DNA of 64,000 bases from NCBI GenBank assembly GCA_027021385.1, contig JALUUL010000079.1, forward strand, positions 5,738 through 69,737. The letters are read 5' to 3'. Below the pieces are notes generated by a model that was not told the origin of the DNA, did not search any database, and worked only from the letters and a program-made list of their open reading frames with translations. Shown here in pieces: positions 37,307 to 46,474 of the stretch (positions within the stretch are counted from its first letter, which is position 1; each line of letters begins with the position of its first letter). Made by a program: the position numbers and the translations under genes. Source of the DNA: Planctomycetota bacterium. GTDB taxonomy: Bacteria; Planctomycetota; UBA1135; GCA-002748355.

Positions 37307-38026
37307 TCAGTGTCCGGACAGGATGCCGAGTTGCCGGAGCGTGCCGAAAACGGGGGCGGCCTCCGGTTTCCGATCCGAGAGGGAGGAGAGGCAGTCCATC
37401 ACGAAACGTTCGGCCGAGGGGTCGGTCCGTTCGAAGTCGTGGAGGAGGATGACCCCTCCTCCGCGTTTGAAGAGTTTCTCGGCGGCGTCGGAGGGTCGGG
37501 AACCCTCCCTTCCATAGGTATCGTGGCTGTCGATCGTCCACCAGACGATCGGGGTGCGGTGGAAGAGGAGGAAGAGGAGACTCGCCAGATTCAGCTTGCC
37601 GTAGGGAGGCCGGAAGGGAAGGCGCGGTCCTTCCAGCCCCAGTTCCCTCTCCAGGATTCTCCAACCTTTCCGGATGTCCTTGATTCCGACCCAGGGAAGG
37701 GATTTCCAGTGGTGGAGGTGGGCGTATCCGTGGGATCCGATCTCGTATCCGGCCAGGGAGAGCCTCCCGGCTATCTCTCGGAGCTCCGGATCCTCGAGCT
37801 TCTCCCCCAGAAGGAAGAAAACCGCGGGAAACCGCCTCTCGGACAGGAAGTCCAGAACGGCGGGAGTGAGGGTCTTTCCGGGGCCGTCATCGAAACTGAG
37901 GACACAGATCCGAGCCCTCCTCGTCCGGCGGTCGAGCCGGAACCGGGCCCATTTCGCAAAGACCAAAGGAACCCCGAACCACAGTGCGAGCAGGACGGGA
38001 AGGATCCACAAGAAGTGCTGCATCAC
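37307..38026 (-). CDS. Polysaccharide deacetylase (NodB homology domain, CE4), membrane-anchored
   Basis: N-terminal TM segment, SFDDGP, GYEIGSHGYAH and LLHD motifs. Confidence 0.85.
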   Translation of the reverse strand: MMQHFLWILPVLLALWFGVPLVFAKWARFRLDRRTRRARICVLSFDDGPGKTLTPAVLDFLSERRFPAVFFLLGEKLEDPELREIAGRLSLAGYEIGSHGYAHLHHWKSLPWVGIKDIRKGWRILERELGLEGPRLPFRPPYGKLNLASLLFLLFHRTPIVWWTIDSHDTYGREGSRPSDAAEKLFKRGGGVILLHDFERTDPSAERFVMDCLSSLSDRKPEAAPVFGTLRQLGILSGH

Positions 38027-38131
38027 GAGATACCGGCGGCTTTCTATAGCACATCGCCAGGAAGGATGCTCCCCGGCTATTCTTTTCCGGAGCCAAAACC
38101 CGATGAAGACTCAGAATCGGGTTCTCGGAGC

Positions 38132-39229
38132 ATGAATCGGACGAGCGCAATGATCAGGGACATGGTTCCGGACGATCTCCCGGGGATCGCGGATCTTCAT
38201 GCGAAGGTCTTCGGAGAGCCGGAGGGTCCCGAGGGAAAAGAGGGGGTCGCATCCTTCTATCGGGATGCGTTCCTGGAACATCCTTTCCCGGACTGTGGCA
38301 TGGGGTCTCAGGTGGTTCTGGGACCTGGGGGGGCCGTCACCGGTTTCCTAGGGATCATTCCACGCAGATTCCGGTTCCGGGACAGGGAGCTGAGGATGGC
38401 GATCCTCGGGAGGTTCATGTTCGATCCCGGGACGAAGGACCCCCTGGCTCCGATCCGGCTCGTGCGAAAAGTTCTCAAGGGTCCTTTCGATTTCGTCTGG
38501 AGCGACGGGGCGAACCGACAGGGGATGGAGACCTTTACCGCCTCGCGTGCCAGAGTCGTTCCGATCCTCAGTCTGAACTGGGTCAGGTTGCTGAATCCTC
38601 TCCGGGGTTTGGCCGCAATGAAGCGCTGGGACGGGTCCCTTCCGGGGCGGGGATTCCGGATCCTCGCCTTCCCGCTGGATCTCGTCGGTTCGAGGGTTCT
38701 CGGAAGAGCCGGCCGGCGGGGGCTCGAGGGGTGGGAAACGATGGACGTCGAGGGCCTCTTGGAGTCCATCGAAACGGCTTCGAAACCTTCGATCCTGAAA
38801 CCTGTCTACGACCATCGGGAGTGTGCATGGCTCCTGCGCTTTCTGGAGAGACAGGATCGGAGAGGTCGATTCCTGGCTCTGGAATGGCAGGGAACGGATC
38901 CGGTCTCCGAAGCCTGGGTGCTCGCCTATCTGCGCCCCAACGGGGTGCTCGAGGTCCTGCAATTCGGAGTCCGCAGAGGGGACCCGGAAGCTGCTTTCGA
39001 AGCCCTTCTGGCCAAAGCGGCGGATCTCGGAGCACATGCCGTCACCGGTCGATCGGACCCCCGTTTCCAGGATCTGATGTGGAGACATCGAGCCTTCCTC
39101 AAGCAAGGGTCCTGGGCCGTGTTGCATACGACGGATCCGGAACTCGAACTGGCGGTGCAGTCGGGAAGAGCCTTCTTGACCGCGCTCGAAGGTGAACTCC
39201 ATCTCCCCTCGGCGGTCCATGGACATTGA
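38132..39229 (+). CDS. GNAT-like acyl/acetyltransferase family protein (EPS-locus associated)
   Basis: Start re-called (MNRTSAMIRDM). The N-terminal acyl-CoA N-acyltransferase-like region is IRDMVPDDLPGIADLHAKVF...VTGFLGIIPRRF. It is distantly similar to the paralogs at 53744 and 54771. Confidence 0.5.
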   Translation: MNRTSAMIRDMVPDDLPGIADLHAKVFGEPEGPEGKEGVASFYRDAFLEHPFPDCGMGSQVVLGPGGAVTGFLGIIPRRFRFRDRELRMAILGRFMFDPGTKDPLAPIRLVRKVLKGPFDFVWSDGANRQGMETFTASRARVVPILSLNWVRLLNPLRGLAAMKRWDGSLPGRGFRILAFPLDLVGSRVLGRAGRRGLEGWETMDVEGLLESIETASKPSILKPVYDHRECAWLLRFLERQDRRGRFLALEWQGTDPVSEAWVLAYLRPNGVLEVLQFGVRRGDPEAAFEALLAKAADLGAHAVTGRSDPRFQDLMWRHRAFLKQGSWAVLHTTDPELELAVQSGRAFLTALEGELHLPSAVHGH

Positions 39230-39230
39230 C

Positions 39231-40286
39231 ATGGGTTTCCGAGGAGGCGGACGGAGGATCTCCGAGGCACTGGAATGGGGGGCCTTGGCCTCGACGCATC
39301 CGAAGTTCAACCTCTACCAGTGTTGGGAATACGAAGCTCTGAGAGGGGGGGGATGCCGTTTCGAGGGGTGGGCCCTTCCCGGGGGTGGATGCGCCCTGGT
39401 CAGAATCCGCCGTTTCGGGAGGCGGGGACCGGGGCTCGCACAGGTCTACTGGGGACCCCTCTGCTCGCCCCCGGAGGATGAGGAGCGGTTTGCCGTCGCC
39501 GTCCGCGCCCTTCGCCGGATCTACGTGGTCGAGGAAGGGCTTCTTCTCAGGGTCCTCCCCCCCCTGTGCCCCGAGCCCTCCGTCCAGGAGAGGATCTTCC
39601 GGGCTGAGGGGTTCCTTCGGGTCGAGGATCCGCCGCCCTACCGGACCTTCGTCGTGGACCTGCGGTCCGGACCCGAGGTCGTCAAGGAGGGGTTCAGGAG
39701 GTCGTTCCGCTACAACGTCAATCGGTCCCTGAGAAACGGTTTCCAGATGGAAGTGGGCAAGGAGACCGCGCTGTTCGATCGCTTCCTCGACCTCTATGAC
39801 CGGATGTGGAAGCGGAAGCGATTCCGGAGCGGGGTGGATCCGAGAAAATTCCGGGAACTCCAGGATGCCCTTCCGGATTCCCGGAAGATGGAGATCCGGA
39901 TCGTCGGAAAGGAGGGGACGGACCTGGCGGCCGCCGTCCACTCCTTCCTGGGGGACACCGTCCTTTATCTTCTCGGGGCGACCAGAGTCGAGGGACGAAT
40001 CCCTCCCGACCGTAAGTACGCCGCCCATCTCCTGCACTGGAGGGTGATCGAGGAGGCCTGTCGCAGGGGATTCGCTTTCTACGATCTCGGAGGGATCGAC
40101 CCCGAGGAGAATCCCGGCGTCCATTCCTTCAAGAACGGATTCGGGGGATCGGAGGCCCGGAACGGAGGGTGTTTCGAAGCTTGGGAGTCCTCGATCTCGA
40201 AAGGAATCGTGAATCTCGGCCTCTGGGTGCGTCGTATCAGAGCAGGCGTTCGAGGAAGGGGGGCAGGTCGTAGGTCAGGTGGTTGA
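39231..40286 (+). CDS. FemAB-like / Acetyltransf_6-type aminoacyl- or acyl-transferase (as found in exosortase-type EPS loci)
   Basis: FRRSFRYNVNRSLRNGF, LLGATR, AHLLHWRVIEEACRRGFAFYDLGGI...HSFKNGFGG. Alternative starts are at 39192 (GTG) and 39219 (ATG). Confidence 0.6.
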   Translation: MGFRGGGRRISEALEWGALASTHPKFNLYQCWEYEALRGGGCRFEGWALPGGGCALVRIRRFGRRGPGLAQVYWGPLCSPPEDEERFAVAVRALRRIYVVEEGLLLRVLPPLCPEPSVQERIFRAEGFLRVEDPPPYRTFVVDLRSGPEVVKEGFRRSFRYNVNRSLRNGFQMEVGKETALFDRFLDLYDRMWKRKRFRSGVDPRKFRELQDALPDSRKMEIRIVGKEGTDLAAAVHSFLGDTVLYLLGATRVEGRIPPDRKYAAHLLHWRVIEEACRRGFAFYDLGGIDPEENPGVHSFKNGFGGSEARNGGCFEAWESSISKGIVNLGLWVRRIRAGVRGRGAGRRSGG

Positions 40287-40920
40287 GGACGATCCCTCCG
40301 AGCGGGACTCCGAGATCCCGGATCGTCTTGATCGATTTTTGGATGGACTGTTTTCGGACGACGTTGGCCTGAGCCACGAGGACGGTCAGGTCCGCGGCCC
40401 GAAGGATCGGACCCGCCTCGGGGGAAGCGCTGAGGGCCGGGACGTCCAAGACGACGATTTCGGCTTGATGCTTGAGATCGTCGAGGAGTTGGAGAAGGGC
40501 TCCGTCACCGAACGGGTTGTAGAGGTCCACGGGAGCGCTTCCCGCGGGGATCAGGTCGACGAAGGGCGCGACGTTGGTCCTCGTCGATTCGTTCAACTGG
40601 GCAGTCTGGTCGAGATATTCGGCGAGTCCCGGGGTCGAACCGACCGCGAAGTGAGGGGCAAGCGAAGGGGAGCGTAGGTTCGTTTCAACGAGGGTCGTCC
40701 GCCGGCCCTGTTCCCCCTGGAAGATCGCGAAGTTTCCCGCCATCGTGCTCGTTCCTTCGCCGGGATGGCTCGCGCAGAATGCGATCCGCAGCCCTTCCGA
40801 GGGATCCCGCGGGAGATCCCCCTGAAGGCGGCTCCAGAGATGGCGGATCTCCTCTCTGAGGATGTGTGCCCTTGGGCCTCGGGCCCCCGTGTTCTGACCG
40901 GCATCTACGATGCTTTTCAT
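40237..40920 (-). CDS. BY-kinase-like (CpsD/Wze/EpsG-type, MinD/ParA fold) protein with degenerate catalytic motifs
   Basis: The fold pattern is kept (IAFCASHPGEGTSTMAGNFA, IVVLDVPA, VLVAQAN), but Walker A reads GEGTST instead of GEGKST. Walker A-prime reads LVETNLRSP instead of L.D.DLR.P, and there is no C-terminal Tyr cluster. It starts 2 nt after the PCP stop. Confidence 0.7.
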   Translation of the reverse strand: MKSIVDAGQNTGARGPRAHILREEIRHLWSRLQGDLPRDPSEGLRIAFCASHPGEGTSTMAGNFAIFQGEQGRRTTLVETNLRSPSLAPHFAVGSTPGLAEYLDQTAQLNESTRTNVAPFVDLIPAGSAPVDLYNPFGDGALLQLLDDLKHQAEIVVLDVPALSASPEAGPILRAADLTVLVAQANVVRKQSIQKSIKTIRDLGVPLGGIVLNHLTYDLPPFLERLL

Positions 40921-40921
40921 C

Positions 40922-42571
40922 TCAACTCCAGGTCGTGATCCGGAGGGCCTGGTGGCGACGGAGGTTCCTGCGGGTCAACTTGGGAATCGAAGCAAGGACC
41001 TTGAGTTTCGTGAGCTTCTCGAGATCCTCCGGGTTTCGAATCGTCGAATCGGTGACAGCTCGTAACAGGAGGAAGAAGAGACCGAAGAAGGCTCCTCCGA
41101 AGATTCCACCGAGAAGCATTTTGAAACGATTCGGCCCTGACTTCTCGAGGGGAAGGTTCGCATGCGCGATGACACCGAGAGAACTCATTCCTACCTGCGC
41201 CGCGAGGCTCTTCTTGCGAGCGAGACGGAGTCTCTGTTCCTCGAACTCGAAATCGGCCCGTGTGGAGCGGACGAGACGGTCCAGTTCGAGGTACCGATCC
41301 TTGTGGTCCGCGAGTTCGGTGAGGCGGGCCTCCGCCTTCTTGACCTCGATGCCGGCCTGGACGACGGCCTGGCGATCGACTTCGAGGGCGAGTTTGATCT
41401 CGTAGGCCCTGTTTTGGATGGCGGTCCACTCCGGGTTTTCCCTCCGCCGCTTCTGAACTCGGATGATCGGACCCTTGGCGAGTTCCGCTTCCAACTGATC
41501 TTTCGTCGCTCGAAGACGTTCTTCCAGTTGGAGGATCTCGTCGGCGCCGGGTTGGAACCTCCCCTTGGCTCTCGCAAGGTCTTCCTCCAGTTCGTTGACC
41601 CTGTTTTGAAGGGCCATGACCCGCGGGCGGGTCATGCTCATCGGTTCCTCGAGCGTCTGGTAACGCTCCGTCTCCTGGAGCCTTTTCTGGAGCTTCTCCA
41701 GAATGATCTGGTTGGTTTGGATCCTGTTCTGGATCGTCGTCTGCTCGAGCCGGGCCCTGGAGAGGACGTCCCGGGCCTGGGACAATTCGCTGGGGAAGTC
41801 GAGAACCTCGAGGTCCTTCAGGAACTTCTCCAGCTGGAAGGCCGCCCGTTCCATCTTCGTCTTCGCTTCCCGGTGTTCCTTCTCGACCAGTTGGATGTCC
41901 ACGTCGGTATAGGCTTCCACATGGCGTTTCCGGGCCTCTTCCATGTAGACCCTGAGGATCTCCTGGGCCAGCAAGGGATTGTAGGCGGCGTAGGAGACCG
42001 TGATCGTGTCCGAGCGCCTGGGTTTGATCGTCAGGAGGTTGTATTGGAGGTGGAGGAGGGCGTCCTGCTCGTTCGGAACGTAGTCGCCCGGATCGTTCCA
42101 CCACCGCTGGAAACGATGAATTCCCCGTCGGAGTCTGGAAACCCAGCTTTCGCCGGGGCGGGGAGGCCCGTCCGAGGGTTGATAGGGGGCGAGGATCTTC
42201 GCCGGACCGATTCGGTTTACGACCCTTCGCAGGAGTTCCTCGGACAGGAGGATGGCCTCCGCGTTCGCCCTGAGGTTCAATCGCTGATAGACCTCGGGGT
42301 CGGCCCCTGGATTGAGACTCAAGTTCTCGCCTCCGGGTCTGAGGAGGAAGGTCCCCGTACTCTCGTAGAAGTTCGGTTTCGTGACCGCGAGGAACCCCCC
42401 GATCAGAAGGCCGGTGAGGGTCGTCGTGAAGAAGAGAGCCCAGCCCCGAAAGATCGTCGCTGCGATCTTCTTCAGGTTCACATCCGAGGACTCCTCCTGT
42501 GGAGGAGGGGAGAAGACCGGATATGCCTGGATCTGCGGGAGTTGGGGGCTGTGTTGGATTTCGGTCTGCAT
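40922..42571 (-). CDS. Polysaccharide co-polymerase / chain-length determinant (GumC/Wzz, PCP-2 type)
   Basis: N-terminal TM FRGWALFFTTTLTGLLIGGFLAV, a long coiled-coil periplasmic region, and C-terminal TM LLGGIFGGAFFGLFFLLL. The overlapping 601-aa ORF in another frame is rejected. Confidence 0.8.
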   Translation of the reverse strand: MQTEIQHSPQLPQIQAYPVFSPPPQEESSDVNLKKIAATIFRGWALFFTTTLTGLLIGGFLAVTKPNFYESTGTFLLRPGGENLSLNPGADPEVYQRLNLRANAEAILLSEELLRRVVNRIGPAKILAPYQPSDGPPRPGESWVSRLRRGIHRFQRWWNDPGDYVPNEQDALLHLQYNLLTIKPRRSDTITVSYAAYNPLLAQEILRVYMEEARKRHVEAYTDVDIQLVEKEHREAKTKMERAAFQLEKFLKDLEVLDFPSELSQARDVLSRARLEQTTIQNRIQTNQIILEKLQKRLQETERYQTLEEPMSMTRPRVMALQNRVNELEEDLARAKGRFQPGADEILQLEERLRATKDQLEAELAKGPIIRVQKRRRENPEWTAIQNRAYEIKLALEVDRQAVVQAGIEVKKAEARLTELADHKDRYLELDRLVRSTRADFEFEEQRLRLARKKSLAAQVGMSSLGVIAHANLPLEKSGPNRFKMLLGGIFGGAFFGLFFLLLRAVTDSTIRNPEDLEKLTKLKVLASIPKLTRRNLRRHQALRITTWS

Positions 42572-42655
42572 ATTCCTCGAGGATGGTCTGAATCCGTCCG
42601 GGTCCGCCTTCCGATTCCTTCTTCGGCCAGAAAGTGCCTTCGTCTTGGGGCCGGC

Positions 42656-42796
42656 CCCGGGATCCCGGGATCCAGGTCGGGAGTCCCGGGTCCGGATTCC
42701 GGAATCGGGCCGATCCTCCCATGGGGCCGGGGAGAGGGGCTTCCCGTCACCGGCGGCCTGGATTGACGGACCATGGTTGGAGGAATATAAACCTCC
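42656..42796. promoter_or_regulatory. Palindrome-rich segment of the divergent EPS control region
   Basis: Perfect 14-nt palindrome cccgggatcccggg (42656-42669). 12-nt palindrome gattccggaatc (42695-42706). Hairpin ggagg-aatataaa-cctcc (42779-42796) has an A/T-rich loop. Confidence 0.3.
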
Positions 42797-42921
42797 GGCT
42801 CCGGAAGGACCCCGATGGATTCCGAAAAGAATGCAATCCGTTCGAGCCGGGTCTATTCCGACCGTTCCCTTCCCAGGGCCTTTCCTTCGAATGGGCCCGG
42901 CCGTCCGTTCCGGATCGATTC

Positions 42922-44328
42922 ATGTTGCACAGCCAACACCGTCTGTTGAGCGGAGCCGTCCGCCTCCTCGACCTCTGCATCCTGGTCGTGGGTGGTTACA
43001 CGGCTCATGCCATCCCCTGGCCGCCCCCCTGGGGCGGGGGAGTTCCTCCTCTTCCAGGAGAGTTGCTTCTGGCCGAGTCGTTTCTGGTCTGCAGCTGGGT
43101 TCTCCTGACTTTCCGGGTCAACCTATATACCTCTCGACGAAGCGAATCCCTTTTCAAGGAGTTCGTCGGGCTCTTCGAGGTCTGTCTTCTCTCCTTCGCC
43201 TTCGGATCGACCCTGTCCTGGACGATTCTGGGTAAAGTCGTCCTCCCTCCCCTTACAGGGGTATTGATTTCCTGGTGCGGGTTGTCCGCTTCCCGGATCG
43301 CGATCCGGGGGATCCTGCGTTTCCTCAGAGTCCGAGGATTCAACTTCCGGTACATCCTTCTGGTCGGCCGGGGGCGGGCATCCTCGGTCCTTGCCGACCG
43401 AATCCGGAGAAACCCTCATTTCGGATTACGGCTTCTCGGGCTCGTGGAGTTCACCGGAGAGAAGAAGGGGCAGGTGGACCCCGCAAGATATCTCGGGGGG
43501 ATACGGGACCTCAAGAGAGTCCTCGCGGAGTATGTCGTCGACACGGTCGTGATCTGTCCCTCGAACCAGGCCAGGACGGGGGAGATCTACGAGGCCTTCC
43601 TGGCGTGTGACGAGGCGGGGATTCCCTGCCACTACGCCCCGAGCTTCTTCAGTCTCCGGAACCTGAGGACGGAGATCGTCTGGTACGGGGACACCCCGGC
43701 CTTCGCCTTCCAGCCCGGTCCGGGGGCGCCCTTGGGGATGGCGTTGAAGCGTGGGATCGATATCGTCCTCTCGGCGATGGCCCTCGTGCTTCTTTTCCCG
43801 GTCATGCTCGGAATCGCCGTGGCGATCTGGATCGAGGACAGAGGCCCCATCCTCTTCCGCCAGCAGCGTGCCGGGAAGAACGGACGGATCTTCGATTGCC
43901 TGAAGTTCCGATCGATGTGCCTGGACGCCGAGGACAAACTCGAGAGATTGAAGAATGCGAACGAACAGGACGGTCCCGTGTTCAAGATCCGCCGGGATCC
44001 CCGGGTCACGAGGGTTGGTGGTTTCCTGCGCAAGTACAGCCTCGATGAGCTGCCTCAGCTCTTCAACGTGTTGAAGGGGGATATGAGCCTCGTCGGACCG
44101 AGACCCCCGATCCCGGCCGAGGTGCGGGAATACGATTGGTGGCAGAGACGCAGGCTTTCGGTCCGGCCCGGGATCACCTGCATCTGGCAGGTCTGGGGGC
44201 GCAACAAGGTTTCGTTCTCGAGGTGGATGGAGATGGATCTCTACTACATCGATAACTGGTCTCTCTGGATGGACCTGAAGCTCATGGCCCGCACCGTCCA
44301 AACGGTCTTGAAGGGAACGGGGATGTAG
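42922..44328 (+). CDS. Polyprenyl glycosylphosphotransferase (WbaP/EpsB-type priming sugar transferase)
   Basis: Start re-called to MLHSQHRLL. N-terminal TM segments, and a C-terminal bacterial sugar transferase domain: KRGIDIVLSAMALVLLFP, GPILFRQQRAGKNGRIFDCLKFRSM, DELPQLFNVLKGDMSLVGPRP. Confidence 0.9.
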   Translation: MLHSQHRLLSGAVRLLDLCILVVGGYTAHAIPWPPPWGGGVPPLPGELLLAESFLVCSWVLLTFRVNLYTSRRSESLFKEFVGLFEVCLLSFAFGSTLSWTILGKVVLPPLTGVLISWCGLSASRIAIRGILRFLRVRGFNFRYILLVGRGRASSVLADRIRRNPHFGLRLLGLVEFTGEKKGQVDPARYLGGIRDLKRVLAEYVVDTVVICPSNQARTGEIYEAFLACDEAGIPCHYAPSFFSLRNLRTEIVWYGDTPAFAFQPGPGAPLGMALKRGIDIVLSAMALVLLFPVMLGIAVAIWIEDRGPILFRQQRAGKNGRIFDCLKFRSMCLDAEDKLERLKNANEQDGPVFKIRRDPRVTRVGGFLRKYSLDELPQLFNVLKGDMSLVGPRPPIPAEVREYDWWQRRRLSVRPGITCIWQVWGRNKVSFSRWMEMDLYYIDNWSLWMDLKLMARTVQTVLKGTGM

Positions 44329-44330
44329 AG

Positions 44331-45362
44331 GTGCCCGATTCGAAAGGAAAGCCTCGGGGTCTCTCGATCATCATCGTGAACTGGAACACGAGGGAGATGA
44401 CCCTTGCCCTCCTGGATGCCCTGGGGAGGGAGATCGAAGGAATGTCCCGGGAGGTCGAGGTCCTGCTCGTCGACAACGACAGCGGGGACGGAAGTGTCGA
44501 GGCCGTGAGGGCGGTCCACCCCTGGGTTCGAACTTTGCCCCAGGACCGCAACGGAGGGTTCGCCTTCGGGGTGAACCGGGGGCTGGAACAGGCGAGGCAC
44601 CCCTATATCCTTCTCCTCAACAGCGACGTGGTCCTGGGAAAGGGGGATTTGGAGCGATCCTGCCGGTTTCTGGACTCCCATCCCGAGATCGGGGTCCTGG
44701 GTCCGGAGGTTCGAGGGTTGGACGGGAATCTCCATGACGTTTCCCGTCGGTTTCCGAGCCTCTGGACGATGACCAGTCTCGCCTTCCTCCTGTTCCGGCT
44801 GTTTCCGAGATCCCATCTTCTCAACTGGGAGCGCTATGCTGAAAGGAAATGGAGGGATCCCACAACCGTCGATTACGTCGGGGGGGCGGTCTTCTTCCTC
44901 CGGAGGGAACTCGTCGAACGGATCGGCGGCCTCGATGAGGGATTCTTCATGTATTTTGAAGAAACCGATTTCTGTCGCCGTACCTGGAAGGCCGGATATG
45001 AGGTCGGGTACCTCCCCGGTACCTCGTTCCTCCATGAGGTCGGAGGAAGCGCCAAGGCGGCGAGAAGAAAGACTTTTCTCGCCTTTCGAAGAAGCCAGAT
45101 CCGTTATCTGAAACTCCACCACGGGAGGGTCGCTTCCCTGGCGGGGAGGGCGGTCGCGATCGCCGCCCTTCTGTTCCGAGGCTTCTTCCGGGCTCCGTTG
45201 GCCTTGTGCCCCGGAAGGGCTGGCGCACGAGGAAGGACTTGGCTGGGCCTCTATCTCGCGGCGGTCCCGGATCTGCTCCGGCCCCACCCCGAAACCTCGA
45301 GGATCACGAAGCTTCGATTCACGGGGCCTTCCGGGACGGATCCCCGCCGGGATTGGAATTGA
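44331..45362 (+). CDS. Glycosyltransferase family 2
   Basis: LSIIIVNWNT, LLVDNDSGDGS, GFAFGVNRG, LLLNSDVV, FMYFEETDFCRR. The start lies 3 nt after the upstream stop. Confidence 0.85.
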   Translation: MPDSKGKPRGLSIIIVNWNTREMTLALLDALGREIEGMSREVEVLLVDNDSGDGSVEAVRAVHPWVRTLPQDRNGGFAFGVNRGLEQARHPYILLLNSDVVLGKGDLERSCRFLDSHPEIGVLGPEVRGLDGNLHDVSRRFPSLWTMTSLAFLLFRLFPRSHLLNWERYAERKWRDPTTVDYVGGAVFFLRRELVERIGGLDEGFFMYFEETDFCRRTWKAGYEVGYLPGTSFLHEVGGSAKAARRKTFLAFRRSQIRYLKLHHGRVASLAGRAVAIAALLFRGFFRAPLALCPGRAGARGRTWLGLYLAAVPDLLRPHPETSRITKLRFTGPSGTDPRRDWN

Positions 45363-45377
45363 CGGGCGGAAAGGGAG

Positions 45378-46160
45378 TCAGACCCAGGCATTCGTCAGGA
45401 CCTCGCCGACTCCGCCTGCGCCGGGAACGATGTATTGGTTGTCCGTAAGGCCCCGTTCCTCGGGGTGGGTCCCGGGGGGCTGGGAAAGGGCCTCGGGGGG
45501 GCTGAGTCCCCTGTCGAGACGACCGGTGTAGATTTCGAGGTCCGGGAAGCCGGCGATGAGCCGGCGGAAGAACTCGGGGGTGGAGATCATCGGAAGGGCG
45601 AGGGTCTTCCTCGCGGGGCCCAGGTCCAGTTCCCGGTAGATCTCGAGAGTGCGGGCCACCGTGCCTCCCGTCGCGCCCATCGGATCCGGGATCAACAGGA
45701 CGGCGTCCTTGATCGGCCCCCCGATCTTCAGTCCGGAATCCTTCGTTCCGGTCACCCTGCCCTCGGCGTCCAGGCTGCGGCTCATCGAAAGGTAGTCGAT
45801 CCGGATCTTCGAGGGGTCGAGGAGTCGGCAGAGGACCTCGTAGCAGATCTCGGAAGGCAAGACCCCCGCCCGCACGAGACATGCGATGACGACTTCCTGG
45901 GATCGGTCGAGGATCCTTCCCCGGAACACCCCGTGTTCGGTGACCTGCATCATCCGGGTCGGGACTTCGGCCTCCCGGGTCGGGAACTCGCCGGCGATCG
46001 CCGCCAGAAGGAGGGCTTCGTAGATATGGCGGAGCAGGGGGCGGAGTTCGGGGATCGGGGTTTCGGGGCTGCCGATCCTGGCGAGCCAGGTCGCCAGAAC
46101 GGGCGAGTCCAGGATATGGACCTTCGGGCCGTAACGATGTTCGAGTTCGCCGGTCCTCAT
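45378..46160 (-). CDS. upp: Uracil phosphoribosyltransferase-like protein (long form)
   Basis: LLIPDPMGATGGT (PRPP loop) and YIVPGAGGVGEVL (uracil-binding end). It is longer than classical Upp. Confidence 0.65.
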   Translation of the reverse strand: MRTGELEHRYGPKVHILDSPVLATWLARIGSPETPIPELRPLLRHIYEALLLAAIAGEFPTREAEVPTRMMQVTEHGVFRGRILDRSQEVVIACLVRAGVLPSEICYEVLCRLLDPSKIRIDYLSMSRSLDAEGRVTGTKDSGLKIGGPIKDAVLLIPDPMGATGGTVARTLEIYRELDLGPARKTLALPMISTPEFFRRLIAGFPDLEIYTGRLDRGLSPPEALSQPPGTHPEERGLTDNQYIVPGAGGVGEVLTNAWV

Positions 46161-46474
46161 GAATCCATCGCATCATGGGAGGGAGGAGACCGCAAGAAAA
46201 GAGGCGGAGGAACGGGGTCCTGCCGCTCCCGGTTCCCCGGTGCCCACCCAGTTCGTTCCCAGGGCCCGGGCGGCTCCCTTGCCGAGGCCTCGGGTCCCGA
46301 GGGGGGGCCGACTGCGGGGTCGGTGCCCGGGGCCAGGCCCCCTTCTCACGGGGAGGGCCGGAGGGGGGAGGTCTCCGACTTGCGAGACCTTCGAGATTCG
46401 GCGAAGCTTGGGGCCGTCGCCCCCCCGGTCTGCGCGGGGCGGTCTCCTCCTTCCCTTATCCCTTCGAGGTCAAG

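Noticed and set aside
34518-37664. 1048-aa ORF on the minus strand
   Set aside because: It is antisense to the two PDZ-protein genes, which have signal peptides, PDZ motifs and a good RBS. The composition is low complexity and there are no motifs.
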